A DNA stretch of 63,998 bases, counting the filler, from Octopus bimaculoides (taxonomy: Eukaryota), in the NCBI RefSeq assembly GCF_001194135.2. It is 7 parts of 6 records of this genome, joined end to end, with 100 filler letters (N's around TTAATTAATTAA, not from the genome) between each part and the next. Parts side by side here need not be neighbours in the genome. Positions count along the whole stretch, not along the records: positions 19,684 to 51,014 come from NC_068981.1; 6 more parts are not named here. One strand, given 5' to 3'. Every line of letters starts with the position of its first letter. Position 1 is the stretch's first letter. The notes under the pieces were generated by a model. It saw only the letters and a list, made by a program, of their open reading frames with translations. It did not search any database and had not been told where the DNA came from. Of the stretch, positions 24,013-37,947 are shown piece after piece. The translations under genes were made by a program, and so were the position numbers.

Positions 24013-24683
24013 GGGTTATACTTAAAAGAAAACAGATGCATTTCTATATTGATATGAACAAAGAATGGCATAAAAGTTGACGTGTAGCAGTTTTGGAACT
24101 TAGGTTTGGAGCTTTTATTCCATCTACACTGGATTTCTTCGGAAGTTTTTTTTTGGAGGAGGAGGAGTTAGGGATTAAAAGCCAGGCTGTATTAATAGCA
24201 ATCTGCTTATCCACACAGATGAAGGCAGTGATATCCAAACTGGAAGTGAGGGTCGTGGAAATAAAATATATCAAAAGTCACACCAATGGTAGTACGCCAG
24301 CATGGTTCCAGTATGACCCCAGTATGGCCTCAGCATTGCCCTAGCATGACTGGGACACAAAAAGAAGAAAAGAACACATTTAGTATCGGAGTTGACTGCG
24401 TTTAGAAATTCATGACATAAGGCAGATTTGTTGTACATCCTGTAATTGAAATCGGAGGCTACTTAAAAATACTTCTGAGACTTAATAGTTTGTCTTTTAA
24501 CTAAGATATATGTTAGACTAATTAGCTTACTGTCTCCTGAAATTGCTTAAGCCACTGTCTGAAAGATTCGACATCCATACATGCCTTCTCGTTCCGATTG
24601 CTATGATGCACTGACGAAAATTTTGAATATAAGTTGACGTCTTTCTCATTGTCTGCAACGACTTTTAAAAGTACGAGCAGATG

Positions 24684-25124
24684 CCGTATTTGCCGGTGTA
24701 TAAGACGCTTTAAAAAAAATATATTCTTAAATGTAACAAAAAAATTGCTCTGCGTCTAATTTGACCGTATTACAGACGGAATTCTGAGAGTATGAATGTA
24801 CAGGGTGCGGCAGAAATACCTCCCATATTTTAAACTTTCACCTATGTGTTGCTAATAAACTTATGCAAGTGTCAATGATATTTTCATTTAGCTAATGAAC
24901 AAAAACTGTAACCCTTTGTTCAAACAACAATAAAAGTAATTTTTAACAAATGTTGTTTCTTTTTCCTTTTGTCAACCTTTCAAATGTGGGAGATATTTCT
25001 GCCGCACCCAGTACCCTGAAACATTAATCTTATTTTTTATAAAATATACACCCCACCACCATCCAAAAAAAAAATGTAGGTATCTGTCTCGTGCGTGAAT
25101 GCATTTATCCACCGGCAAATACAG
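24684..25124. mobile_element. pogo/Tigger-like MITE containing a nested MITE
   Basis: TIRs CCGTATTTGCCGGTGTATAAGACGC and GCATTTATCCACCGGCAAATACAG. Confidence 0.7.
24801..25011. mobile_element. Tc1/mariner MITE, 211 bp, TA TSD
   Basis: TA-CAGGGTGCGGCAGAAATACCTCCCATATTT ... AAATGTGGGAGATATTTCTGCCGCACCCAG-TA. Confidence 0.92.
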
Positions 25125-26739
25125 AATGGTAAGAATTCAGCTTCGGTGCAATAACTGTTAAGATCCTGCTATATTTCCAAGGTCTTATACTTTACCTGGA
25201 CTAGTGATCGCATTGCTGACATATTTTCTCTCAATATCGATCAGTATTTGCTTGGTTTTCGTTTTATTATAGTCGAAATCAAAAGAAGTTAGATTAGCAG
25301 TTTGGTGCTCATTAATGGTGCCCACAGCATCACAAAAGTTCAAGTGTTTGCATGCATGACTGGTGTTGCTATAGGTTTTCTTTCTGCAAAACTCCCAATT
25401 AATCGAAATTACGTATTTCCGCATATATCGGAGGCGGGGATAAATTTTCTGTTGCGACTTTTAGTCTTAGAGGTATTCTTAACTATAATACACATCACCT
25501 GGTTTATATCAGATTCTTACGACATCTCCCAGAGCTTCAAAAACCATTCCTACTTTATTCATGTTTTCTCTCTTGAAAACTTAAGTTTTTTTTTATTTTG
25601 GCAGATATTTAAAAAAATTTAATTCATACCCAGTAATCATTTATGAACATGAGATCAAATGCAGATCAAATATAAACTCACCGTTTATATTATGTGCGGG
25701 CACACGAACATACATACTTAAACACACATTTATAAATTTAACTAAGGCGCGCGTGTGTGTGATAAGAAGGTGACGGTATAGAAATGTTATAGAAAAGTGT
25801 CGGTTAGCATAATTAATGTAGGAGCCAATACACACACACGCACGCGCACTAGACAAAGAGAGAGGGGGAGAGCAGACAAGTTGAATATAAAAACTTCAAT
25901 GTAAATATGTATGATAAAAAATAAAAGACAACCAACTGAATGATAGATAGATAGATTGATTGATTGATTGATTGAGCAAACGATTAATCAACTAGTTGAT
26001 TAGTTAATTGATTAATTAGTTAACTTGTTAATGAACAATAATAAAAGGAAGTGAATTAGAACCAGTGCATGTGTTTTTATGAGCAAAGGCACGATTCCAT
26101 ACTATAACAATAAAAAAAGGAGTCGATATTTAAAATGGGTATGGGGTGGGGGAAGTACAGTTGTTAAAGCTAAGCTAACAGTTTAAATTTCACAACTGAG
26201 TTTCACGCTTCCGATTTTCAAACGAAATTTGAGGAATGAAACAGAAAACCGTTAATAAGAATATTCTGATAATGGATATATAAAAGAAGCATTTTATTGG
26301 ATGCATATATAAAGACAAAAAATACTTGATTGGATACATATGAAAAGATAACATCAATCGACTAAAAATAACTCATTGAATATAAACAAGACAAATAATT
26401 AAAGATATTATTCTAATAGATAATTAGCTTTATACTTCAGAGAATATCATTCAAGATATATTTTGATGTTGAGGGGAAACGTATGACAGTGCTTTTAATA
26501 TAATTTGGCCTATTACTGGTTTTTCCACCAATTTACAAGTATGATAACAGCTGAAATAAATTAAGTTATCGTTTCCGTTTAATCGTGAATATTTACATCT
26601 TATCGTAGGGCGAGAGCAGACTGAATTGAAGAAATAACATACTTTGTAATTGTTTGCATAAAGTAAATCATCTGGTATATAACTCTTAAAAGACGGCTCC
26701 GCCATCATCAGCCATTAGCCACTTGCCCGCCCGCGAAAT

Positions 26740-27305
26740 TTCCGGACCCTCAGTAATGAACTCATTTGCATACAACCAATCAGAGCTCACCTTGACCTTG
26801 TTAAGTTAACAAAGGTTGGCATTCAAAATGGCGACATCCGATTGCCATGCGAATCTCGTTTAGTGCTCTCATTCAGATGCCAATATCATCGAATACTGAA
26901 AAGCGGCGAGCTGGCAGAAACATTAACACGCCGGGCGAAATGCTTAGCGGTATTTCGTCTGTCTTTACATTCTGAGTTCAAATTCCGCCGAGGTCGACTT
27001 TGCCTTTCATCCTTTCAGGGTCGATAAATTAAGTACCTGTTACGTACTGGAGTCGATCTAATCGACTGGCTCCCTCCCCCAAAATTTCGGGCTTTCTGCC
27101 TAGAGTAGAAAAGAATATCATCAATACTGAGCGCATAGGCTGGGTTAGCGATAAGCTTGGATTACTATAGCAATAATAAGGTTTTTGACAAATAATGTTT
27201 TTGACAAATATGAACGTTCGGAAGTCGCCATTTTGAATGCCAACCTTGGTCAAGATGAGCTCTGATTGGCTGTATGCAAATGAGTTCATTACTGGAGTCC
27301 AGAAC
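26740..27305. mobile_element. MITE with about 90-bp inverted arms, interrupted by a SINE
   Basis: 26740-26845 is inverted at 27218-27305 (CAGTAATGAACTCATTTGCATACAACCAATCAGAGCTCA...GGTTGGCATTCAAAATGGCGAC). Confidence 0.85.
26900..27116 (+). mobile_element. SINE type B, full length, with TSD
   Basis: Complete head-to-tail match to 38744-38955; flanked by ATATCATC(G)AATACTGA direct repeats. Confidence 0.92.
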
Positions 27306-27858
27306 TCTCATGAGAAAATTTTAAAAATTTCACTGCCCGTCATGTGTCCAGAGATCAGCTTGCAAAGACTCCACAATTCTCTTCATATTGTGTTGCATGC
27401 TTACGCCAGGTACTTGTTTTCACTTCATTCTTTGATATCGTCTGTCCACAAACATCTTGTGAGGATGATCTTGGGTAGTAACGTGTAGCGTATTTTATGT
27501 TCAAAATAATTCAGATTATCATCATTCTAGTAGATAATTTACTTTATGTTTCAGAGAATATCTTTCCAAATATGATAGCATTGTGGACTTCATCCTCGGC
27601 AATTGTGTCTTTGGACTTTCAGCTTTTCTAGAACTTCTCTACTTGCAATAAAACCGCTGCTCAAACGCTTCTATCTTCTCCAGTGATGTTTGCATTGTCC
27701 AAGTTTCTTCCTTTACTAGCCTCTGATTCTTGGTAGTCATTTTCGCATTTGTTTTCCGTGTTGTTTCTCCAATTTTTTCTCCCGTTACAGACTATTCATT
27801 ATAAGTGACTCGGTGAATAGAGAGCAAGTTTTAAGAGCGTTCTAAAAGTAATCAATAG

Positions 27859-28221
27859 GCTTCCCAACCACATGGTTCCGAGTTCAGTCCCATTGCGTTG
27901 CACTTTGGGCAAGTGTCTTTCTAGTATATTATCGGGCCGACCACAGCCTTGTGTGTGGATTTGGTAGACGGAAACTGAAAGAAGCCCGTCGTTTCTATCA
28001 TATGTATGTATTTGTGTGTCTGTGTTTGTCCCCCACCCATCGCTTGACAACCAATGTTGGTGTGTTTACGTCCCCGTAAACTAGCAGTTCGGCAAAAGAT
28101 GACGATAGAATAAGTACTAGGCTTACAAACAATAAGTCCTGGGGTCGATTTGCTTGACTAAAAGGTGGTGCTCCAGCATGGCCGCAGTCAAATGAGTGAA
28201 ACAAGTAAAAGAGTAAAAGAG
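27859..28221 (+). mobile_element. SINE type A, 5'-truncated
   Basis: B-box region, CORE-like centre, and tail CCAGCATGGCCGCAGTCAAATG...AAAGAGTAAAAGAG. Confidence 0.9.
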
Positions 28222-28254
28222 CGATAGTTTCTCTCATTATATATGTCATTATTC

Positions 28255-28305
28255 CCTTCCTTCCTTCCTTCCTTCCTTCCTTCCTTCCTTCCTCCCCTTC
28301 CTTCC
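28255..28305. repeat. (CCTT)n microsatellite
   Basis: Directly visible run. Confidence 0.95.
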
Positions 28306-30214
28306 TTTAATATTGTATTAGTTTGAAGTGTAACTCCAGTATGGTTGAATGATTTAGAACTTCATTCCTCAACGATAAGATCCAAAGATCTATTCCACAA
28401 CGAATCATTTGGGCAAATATCATTTTCCACAGTCTCAAGCTGACGCACACCCAGTCAATGAAACCAGGTCGACAGAAACTGTGCTGAAGCCAATCGAGTG
28501 GTTTGTATGCCCCCAATTTTAGAAGGTACAGCCATGTCACACATTGTGTCATGCTGATTCGGCCTGAAAAATTACGTTAAGAGTACAGACAGGTTTCTGT
28601 GATATACTCAACTACTTAAAAGACAGATCCACCATTTTGTAACATCTTAATATTAGGCAGCCTAAAATAACTGAAATAAATTTACGTGAATCATAATGTT
28701 AATTGCAGCGTGGAAGGTGTTTATAAGCCATTTAAAAACACACAAAAACCGTTAGATTCACTTCAACATTTAAATCTAATTTGCTAAAATATTTTCGTCG
28801 CTTTGAGACCGCGACCTGTTCACTGATATAATTCGCAGCACGTAATAATGTTGTTTTATCTTTGTTCGGCTGTTTTTATTTTCTCATTTGATTTTACCTG
28901 GCATATATACATCTATTCAAATACGCTTGTATTTATTTTTCTCATTACACCTTTGTCTACTCAAAGTTGTGTTCGTCTTGTATTTTTTTTTTTTTTGCTT
29001 TAATATTGTTAAAGGCTTCCTGTTTCATTCCTCAAATATTGTCTAACAATCGAAATTGTGTAACTCGAGTCANNNNNNNNNNNNNNNNNNNNNNNNNNNN
29101 NNNNNNNNNNNNNNNNNNNNNNNNNNNNNNNNNNNNNNNNNNNNNNNNNNNNNNNNNNNNNNNNNNNNNNNNNNNNNNNNNNNNNNNNNNNNNNNNNNNN
29201 NNNNNNNNNNNNNNNNNNNNNNNNNNNNNNNNNNNNNNNNNNNNNNNNNTATATATATAACAACTGATGCAACATTATCAATTTTCATCTTTGGTCAGAC
29301 GTTTTTGGGTTATTCTTTCTTTCCAAGAACACCCCATACAAATTACATACATCCGATAAAATCAAATAAAGACGTTAAAGATATACAAGGTTGCGATTCT
29401 TCATAGATACCAACACACACACACTCATATACACCTGTCTGTCTGTCTGTCTGTCTATCTATATATATATATGTATGCATATGTGTACGTATACACATGT
29501 ATATGTATGTATATATATATACATACATATATACATGCATACACATATGCATACATAAAACATAAATACATACCTATATATGTGTGTGTGTATATATATA
29601 TAAATATATATATATATTTACACACACACACATACATACATATGTAGCTTTCCCCCCACCTCCAACATTCGCTTCACCATAGCAATTTTGACCAATATAT
29701 ATATATAATACTTATGAAATGCAAATGTATATTGTAATTTTCCGTCCGCCATTTTTTTGTCTTCTCCATAGAATTATTTCAAACCATTCGAAGAACTGGT
29801 TTGCAAATTACGTGGATAAGATAAGACTAAATTTTCAGCTCTATGGTTTTCTTTAACCATAGATATTTCGTGATAGTGTAATCCCTCATAATGCTATGTT
29901 ATCGTTTTATCATCTTTCGCCATAACAAAAGATTGCATATCAATAAATATATTGATAGCCTTGTTGTACAGAAGTAAAAGAACAAAGTGGCTTTTGTTAT
30001 TTGTTTGTTTTTTTCTTCTTTGTAAATCTCAGACGAACTTATCAAATATTATTAACAAATATTTGAATTAAAAGAAAAAATAAACAAACTAGAAAATAAA
30101 TAATTGTATGAAATAAAGTAAAAAGAAAAATAGGTATTTTTGTCTGATATAGCAGATCTCATGATCATTATATAGCAGATCTCATGATCATTATAAGACA
30201 TTAACAAATAAAAA

Positions 30215-30685
<471 letters not shown>

Positions 30686-31290
30686 GAATTCTTTTATACT
30701 TTCCGGATATTAGATTCAAACAGAGTATGTCATTCGTTGAGGAGCTGAATGCGTAAATCGGAAACGGCGTCCCATTATTTTTGCAATATTTCAGTTTTTC
30801 TAAGGAATGTTCTTTATTGAAAGCAAAGCAGTTCAAAAACTAAATTGGAATTGGTCTGAAAGATGGTTATTCCTTCATATCAATCAATTTATTGTTTAGT
30901 CTGGTAGAGTAATTGATTGATAAAATGTCTGTCTTGACGGTTTGAGATGTCCAACTCAAGTATTCTATACAACGTAGCTTCCTTTACCGTTTCCTCTTCA
31001 TGTCTGGAAATCTCATAGACATTATTTTGTTCTGTTTGGTTTCAATGGTCTGCTGAAAGGAGAACGAGCAGCATATATGTCTCTTTCCGGGGTTTTTTTT
31101 TTAAAGACAGGCGAGAAGATGGCAGGAAGTTATTCTCACACCGAAAGCTCGATCTGAAACTAAGACCAGGCACCACTAAGCAGCCCCGATTACCAAGTGG
31201 CGATGGTAAACCGGGCGAAGAATTCTTTAACTCAACACAGAATTGGTTTGTCTCTGCTGCTGATCTACTGCTGACAGCCTATACAATTTC

Positions 31291-31478
31291 CTTATTTCTT
31301 TATTGCCCACAAGGGGCTAAACACAGAGGGGACAAACAAGGACAGACAAAGGGATTAAGTCGATTACATCGACCCCAGTGTGTAACTGGTACTCAATTTA
31401 TCGACCCCGAAAGGATGAAAAGCAAAGAACTCAGAACGTAACGGCAGACGAAATACCTCTAAGCATTTCGCCCGGCGT
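31291..31478 (-). mobile_element. SINE type B with alternative 3' tail and internal deletion
   Basis: The tail reverse complement CTTATTTCTTTATTGCCCACAAGGGGCTAAACACAGAGGGGAC is joined to a type B body. Confidence 0.88.
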
Positions 31479-31761
31479 GGTTCCTTCCGATGGAGCATAT
31501 TTTGGTGAACTTCCTTTAGTTCCCATCCGATGTTACAGTTTATTTCTTGGCTACATAGGGGGTGTAAAGTACAATATCCATAAGGAGGAGAATGAAGAGT
31601 TTGAACATTCAAACTTTGTTCATTTCCAGTTAGTTTATTCATAATAATTGTCCGACACGTGTTTCGATCGCACTATCTGCGTATAGTTGCATATTATACG
31701 CAGCGATTTATGCATTATAAATGGCATTTTACTCAGAGAAATTATGTATCTGCCTGCAGCG

Positions 31762-32000
31762 CGTGTGTATGTGTGTTTTTGTATCTGTATTTGGACCCCA
31801 CCACCGCTTAGCACGGTGTTGGTGTTAACGTCCCCGTTACTTAGCGGTTCGGCAGAAGAAGACGGATAAAATAAGTGATAGGCTTTAAAAAAGGCATAAG
31901 TACTGCGGTCGATTCTTTTGACTAAAAATTCTTCAAGGCGGCGCTCCAACATGGCCGCAGTCTAATAACTGAAACAGGTAATAGACAAAAGATAAAAAGA
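31762..32000 (+). mobile_element. SINE type A, 3' half
   Basis: ACGTCCCCGTTACTTAGCGGTTCGGCA...CCAACATGGCCGCAGTC. Confidence 0.85.
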
Positions 32001-32730
32001 CACAAATCTCGAACTCCGGATTCTTCAGTTGGTGGATCATTTTGTTTACTTCGATCCTCTTACTTCCGTAATAGCAATTTGAATTTTGATTATTAATTTT
32101 CTTCTGAAACTAAAAATTCTAAACTGGGGAGTTTACAATATATGTCTGTCTACATTTTCTATTGGCTATGTGTCATTTATCAGACATCAGTCATTGTTTA
32201 TAGACTTGTATCTCTATCCCTGCTACTTATTTAAATTTAGGCAGATTGAACAGAGCGCGCCACCTCCCGACCTATCGTCTGATATCAACTGCGACCTTTT
32301 GACCAATCGTCTGGCAACGTTAATCAATCTGACTGCAGCGACTTTACACTAGATGCGTTACCGCATAAATTTAACTGTCTCACGTGTCGTCTCTCAAACT
32401 AGAAACGGTTTCTCATTATTATTATTTTTCAGTTGGGAAAGGCTTTCATAAAACATCCAGTACAACTCGTTACTGACTTTGTTTGTTACACCCAACTCAG
32501 TTTTATAGAAGCCATTAATACCACTCCAAGTCAAGAACTTCTATTCAAGTAGGGTCGAACGCACATTTAATTTCGGTGATTTTAGAGAGAAGCAAGTACT
32601 GTTGCTTTGTTTGACATCCTTCAAAACATCGTCTGCTAAGAGCTTCAGATCAACTCATGTCAAATTGCTACTGTCGTTATGTGAACACTTTGCTTCCTCT
32701 CACCCCTCACTCTTTACCTATTTACATCTT

Positions 32731-32768
<38 letters not shown>

Positions 32769-33595
32769 CGTGTATCTATACAGATATGTATGTATATACA
32801 TGTATATAAGTATATGTACATGAGTAGATGTATGTAAGTATATATATATATGTATATAAATATATATTCTTTTACACCTTAAAGGGTGTTAGTTGAAGGA
32901 ATCGACCCCAGGACTTATAAGCCTAGCACTTATTCTATCTGTCTCTTTTGCCGAACCGCTAAGTTACGGGGACATAAACGCACCAGCATCGATTGTCAAG
33001 CGATGGTGNNNNNNNNNNNNNNNNNNNNNNNNNNNNNNNNNNNNNNNNNNNNNNNNNNNNNNNNNNNNNNNNNNNNNNNNNNNNNNNNNNNNNNNNNNNN
33101 NNNNNNNNNNNNNNNNNNNNNNNNNNNNNNNNNNNNNNNNNNNNNNNNNNNNNNNNNNNNNNNNNNNNNNNNNNNNNNNNNNNNNNNNNNNNNNNNNNNN
33201 NNNNNNNNNNNNNNNNNNNNNNNNNNNNNNNNNNNNNNNNNNNNNNNNNNNNNNNNNNNNNNNNNNNNNNNNNNNNNNNNNNNNNNNNNNNNNNNNNNNN
33301 NNNNNNNNNNNNNNNNNNNNNNNNNNNNNNNNNNNNNNNNNNNNNNNNNNNNNNNNNNNNNNNNNNNNNNNNNNNNNNNNNNNNNNNNNNNNNNNNNNNN
33401 NNNNNNNNNNNNNNNNNNNNNNNNNNNNNNNNNNNNNNNNNNNNNNNNNNNNNNNNNNNNNNNNNNNNNNNNNNNNNNNNNNNNNNNNNNNNNNNNNNNN
33501 NNNNNNNNNNNNNNNNNNNNNNNNNNNNNNNNNNNATATATATGTATATATATATATGTATATAAATATATATTCTTTTACACCTTAAAGGGTGT

Positions 33596-33753
33596 TAGTT
33601 GAAGGAATCGACCCCAGGACTTATAAGCCTAGCACTTATTCTATCTGTCTCTTTTGCCGAACCGCTAAGTTACGGGGACATAAACGCACCAGCATCGATT
33701 GTCAAGCGATGGTGGGGAACAAACACAGACACAAATACGCACACGCACACGCA

Positions 33754-33790
<37 letters not shown>

Positions 33791-33828
33791 GACAGGTTTC
33801 TTCCAGTTTCCATCTACTAAATCCACTC
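33596..33828 (-). mobile_element. SINE type A body (duplicated across the gap at 32886-33008)
   Basis: TTTTGCCGAACCGCTAAGTTACGGGGAC...ACTAAATCCACTCA. Confidence 0.85.
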
Positions 33829-34230
33829 AATGCCGTGAACTATTTCGCCCACCTGGGATTAGATTTGTGGCCAAGGTGTCGCATTGCGTTCTTGAGCAAG
33901 GAACTTCATTTCACATTGCTTCTTCAGCTTGTAGCACGGTCTATGCTACGAGGTCATACTCTCCCTCTCTCTTTCTCTATCTGTCCCTCTCTCTCTCTCT
34001 CTTTCGCTGTCTATCTTTACTCCTTTCTGTATACACACATACACTTACATATAAGCGCACACACACCCACGTACACACATAGACTATATATATACATGCA
34101 TATATACAAACACACACACACACACAAGTTTATAGCCTCGTCAACCACACCCTTGCTCTCTACCGCGAGAATGGTCTAAATTTTTCGCTTAATTACATAA
34201 TTGCAACGGTCATTCCATTGATAAATTTTT

Positions 34231-34441
34231 TTCTTCTCTAGGGACAAGGCCCGAAACTTTTGGGGAGGGGGCCAGTCGATTAGATCGACCACAGTACACA
34301 ACTGGTACTTAATTCATCGACCCCGAAAGGATGAAAGGCAAAGTCGACCTCAGCAGAATTTGAACTCAGAACGTAAAGACAGACGAAATACTGCATAGCA
34401 TTCCACCCGGCGTGCTAACCACTCTGCCAGCTCGCCGCCTT
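34231..34441 (-). mobile_element. SINE type B, full length
   Basis: Reverse complement of the 26900-27116 type; decayed TSD ATT(C/G)CATTGAT. Confidence 0.9.
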
Positions 34442-34527
34442 ATTGCATTGATGAACTCTGTAAAGATTAATTGAGACTCTTAGTAATTGAGAACTAAATA
34501 TAACAGTAGATACTTCACTTAATTAAT

Positions 34528-35075
34528 GCTAATTTCCTAGATGTGAATCTAAATTTAGGTACCATAAAGGTACCATAAAACTAATGAAAGACTAAAATAT
34601 ATTAACAGAGTGTCCTACCACCCACTCGTCCTCAATGTTAGTTGCAGGATCTCCAGCTTATCTTCCTCTAGTGAGATATTTGATAAAACTGCCACTAACA
34701 TCGGTAGAACTTCTTAAGATTATTAAATAAGCATTTCCCCCATTAACATTAGTATAGTAAGACGTTCAGTCAACATCCAGTGAAAATCACCTTTTTCTGC
34801 GGGTCTTCCATGAAGTCAAAAATTACCCAGAAAGTCAAATCGAAGAATACCCGGGATGTTCCTACAGAATAAAAAATGACAGTCCGCTACAACAAGAATG
34901 TAAAGTGAAGTATATAGTGTTTGATGCCACCATTACATCAGCTGAAATCTGCCAGAAAGTGGAGAAGAATATGTGGGTATGGTACAAGACGGTTTTAAGT
35001 AATTGTACAGCTTACAAATCGTTTCCTTTAATAAACACTCAGAAAAGATGTCAACAACGGCACCTCAAACTGTGC
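34528..35075 (+). mobile_element. Penelope-like element relic (RT thumb plus GIY-YIG), internally deleted
   Basis: NFLDVNLNL...HKTNERLKYINR.SYHP...RISSLSSSEIFDKTA, then CSYRIKNDSPLQQECKVKYIVFDATITS.../EYVGMVQDGFK with frameshifts. Confidence 0.85.
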
Positions 35076-35176
35076 GTGTAGATTATAGTAATAAGTTTCA
35101 GCTCCACTGACTATATTGAACGCTCTGCTTTCACTTCTGACTTTCTACGGAAACTTTCGATACTCTCTCTCCCTTT

Positions 35177-35222
<46 letters not shown>

Positions 35223-36324
35223 ATGCCATGTGAGCAGTGGCTGATGATTGTACTGGAACATCAGGCATGTTTTAAAACAACGTTTGGCCTGTTCTCAGTA
35301 CATGAAACTAATAGTAGCACATAAAAAATATATTGCGTTTATTAAATAAATAATATATATATATCTATAATTATTATATTTATACACACAAGTTTATATA
35401 TGTGTGCATGCATGTATGTATATATAATAAATATATAGTAATATACATACGAAAGTCATATGCAACGTATAAAATAAACATATATTAAACTTCGTCCTAG
35501 ATATAGAAACCATGGACAATCCACTGTAACTTCAATTGATAGTTAGTTTGACCAGTTTTGTTCCTAATAAAAGATTGACCAAGGACACGAACGTTTAGAA
35601 GGCCTCTGAGTATCTAAAATCATACCATTTCCCTCATTCTATCCAAAACAGATTTTAGACAAATTCAAAAATATATTTTAACTGACTACATATTAGTAGC
35701 AATTATTTTTTTAACTACATGTTCCAATATTACTAAATCAATGTCTTAAAAAATCCAACTCGGTGCTGTTATTAATGTGTAGCTTCTAAAACTAATATTT
35801 TCTCTTATTAATATACAATTTATTAAATAACATCTCATGGCTCATCCATTTTTGATATAAAATTGATAGTTTAAAACGATACAATTTTCAATAAATATGA
35901 ATAAAAATAACCAGATTATTTATTATAAAATTATGTAATTTTTCTGCAATACATTTACTGCACATCGTTATTGTTTAGGATCATCTTTCACCTCCTACAC
36001 CCTATTAACATTTTAAGGTCTATGGAAGGTATCCAGACGTCCCGATTTGCCGACGTTTGTCCCGATATTACTGACAATGGGCCTGGTATCTCAAAAGAAT
36101 ACTTCGGGACGATAAATGGTCCAGGTTTTTAGCTTTTATAGAATTTTATTTTGATTTCAAAAGTTCATAAATATTTTCCAGTTTATCCAGAGTGGAAAGA
36201 AGTTGAAGGATCAATTTCAACTTTCCATAAATTAATTATTAAATCTGATTTGTGTAATGAAAACATTTTCGAAAAACTTCTTTTTCAGAAATTGTGCATT
36301 ATTCGCCGAAACATAAACCACAAT

Positions 36325-36463
36325 AGGCGCGAACGTGGCTGAATGGTTGAGAAGCTTGTTTCACAAGTATACCGTCTGGGGTTCAGTCCCACAGCGTAGC
36401 TCCCTCGGCAAGTGTTTTTCTCTATACCCTCGAGCCTACCAAATTCTTGTGAGTGGATTTCAT
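36325..36463 (+). mobile_element. SINE type A head
   Basis: AGGCGCGAACGTGGCTGAATGGTTGAG...GGGTTCAGTCCCAC...GTGAGTGGATTT. Confidence 0.8.
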
Positions 36464-36781
36464 NNNNNNNNNNNNNNNNNNNNNNNNNNNNNNNNNNNNN
36501 NNNNNNNNNNNNNNNNNNNNNNNNNNNNNNNNNNNNNNNNNNNNNNNNNNNNNNNNNNNNNNNNNNNNNNNNNNNNNNNNNNNNNNNNNNNNNNNNNNNN
36601 NNNNNNNNNNNNNNNNNNNNNNNNNNNNNNNNNNNNNNNNNNNNNNNNNNNNNNNNNNNNNNNNNNNNNNNNNNNNNNNNNNNNNNNNNNNNNNNNNNNN
36701 NNNNNNNNNNNNNNNNNNNNNNNNNNNNNNNNNNNNNNNNNNNNNNNNNNNNNNNNNNNNNNNNNNNNNNNNNNNNNNNNN

Positions 36782-36828
<47 letters not shown>

Positions 36829-36848
36829 ATGTACGTTTGTGTGTGTGT

Positions 36849-37140
36849 AAGGTGCGTGGCCTAGTGGTTAGAGTATTACACTCACCATCGCTAGACCATG
36901 GGATCGATTCCTGGACTAGGCGACGCGTCGTGTACTTGAGCAAAACACTTTTCTTAACGTTGCTCCAGTCCACTCGGCCCTAAATGGGTAACCCTGTGAA
37001 TACTCTTCTGTTCAGGGAGAGTGTTGGCCTGCTCGCCTTGCCATCGGGGGCGGCATCATTCGAAAGCTAAAACGATGCGAAGTGTATTGCGACCAGCGAT
37101 GTATAACTACATCCTGTAGTCTGGGTGATCACGTGATGAT
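36849..37140 (+). mobile_element. SINE with type C head and a different body
   Basis: Head AAGGTGCGTGGCCTAGTGGTTAG...CTTGAGCAAAACACTT...GTTGCTCCAGTCCACTC is shared with type C, then the sequence diverges. Confidence 0.75.
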
Positions 37141-37947
37141 ATATATATATGTATATACATATATATATATAAACAATATGTGAGTATATGCATATATATG
37201 TACATGTATGTATATACCTTCATCCACATGTACATATAGATACATAACTGGGTACATGACGTGGCAAAAGAAGGTATATATATACATGTACATGCATATA
37301 CTCACATATTGTTTGTATCACGACAGAATGCACGCGTTAACCTTTATAGAGTACNNNNNNNNNNNNNNNNNNNNNNNNNNNNNNNNNNNNNNNNNNNNNN
37401 NNNNNNNNNNNNNNNNNNNNNNNNNNNNNNNNNNNNNNNNNNNNNNNNNNNNNNNNNNNNNNNNNNNNNNNNNNNNNNNNNNNNNNNNNNNNNNNNNNNN
37501 NNNNNNNNNNNNNNNNNNNNNNNNNNNNNNNNNNNNNNNNNNNNNNNNNNNNNNNNNNNNNNNNNNNNNNNNNNNNNNNNNNNNNNNNNNNNNNNNNNNN
37601 NNNNNNNNNNNNNNNNNNNNNNNNNNNNNNNNNNNNNNNNNNNNNNNNNNNNNNNNNNNNNNNNNNNNNNNNNNNNNNNNNNNNNNNNNNNNNNNNNNNN
37701 NNNNNNNNNNNNNNNNNNNNNNNNNNNNNNNNNNNNNNNNNNNNNNNNNNNNNNNNNNNNNNNNNNNNNNNNNNNNNNNNNNNNNNNNNNNNNNNNNNNN
37801 NNNNNNNNNNNNNNNNNNNNNNNNNNNNNNATATATATATATATATAGTGAATCTAAACAAAGAAGAACAAACAAGAAAAAACAATAACGCGAGGACCTG
37901 GTACAAGTACTGCATTATCAGACGATCAGGAAAGGAAAGAAAGAAGA

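Noticed and set aside
32845-33712. Apparent tandem duplication of about 160 bp either side of an N gap
   Set aside because: Identical gap-flanking sequence most likely reflects an unmerged contig overlap.
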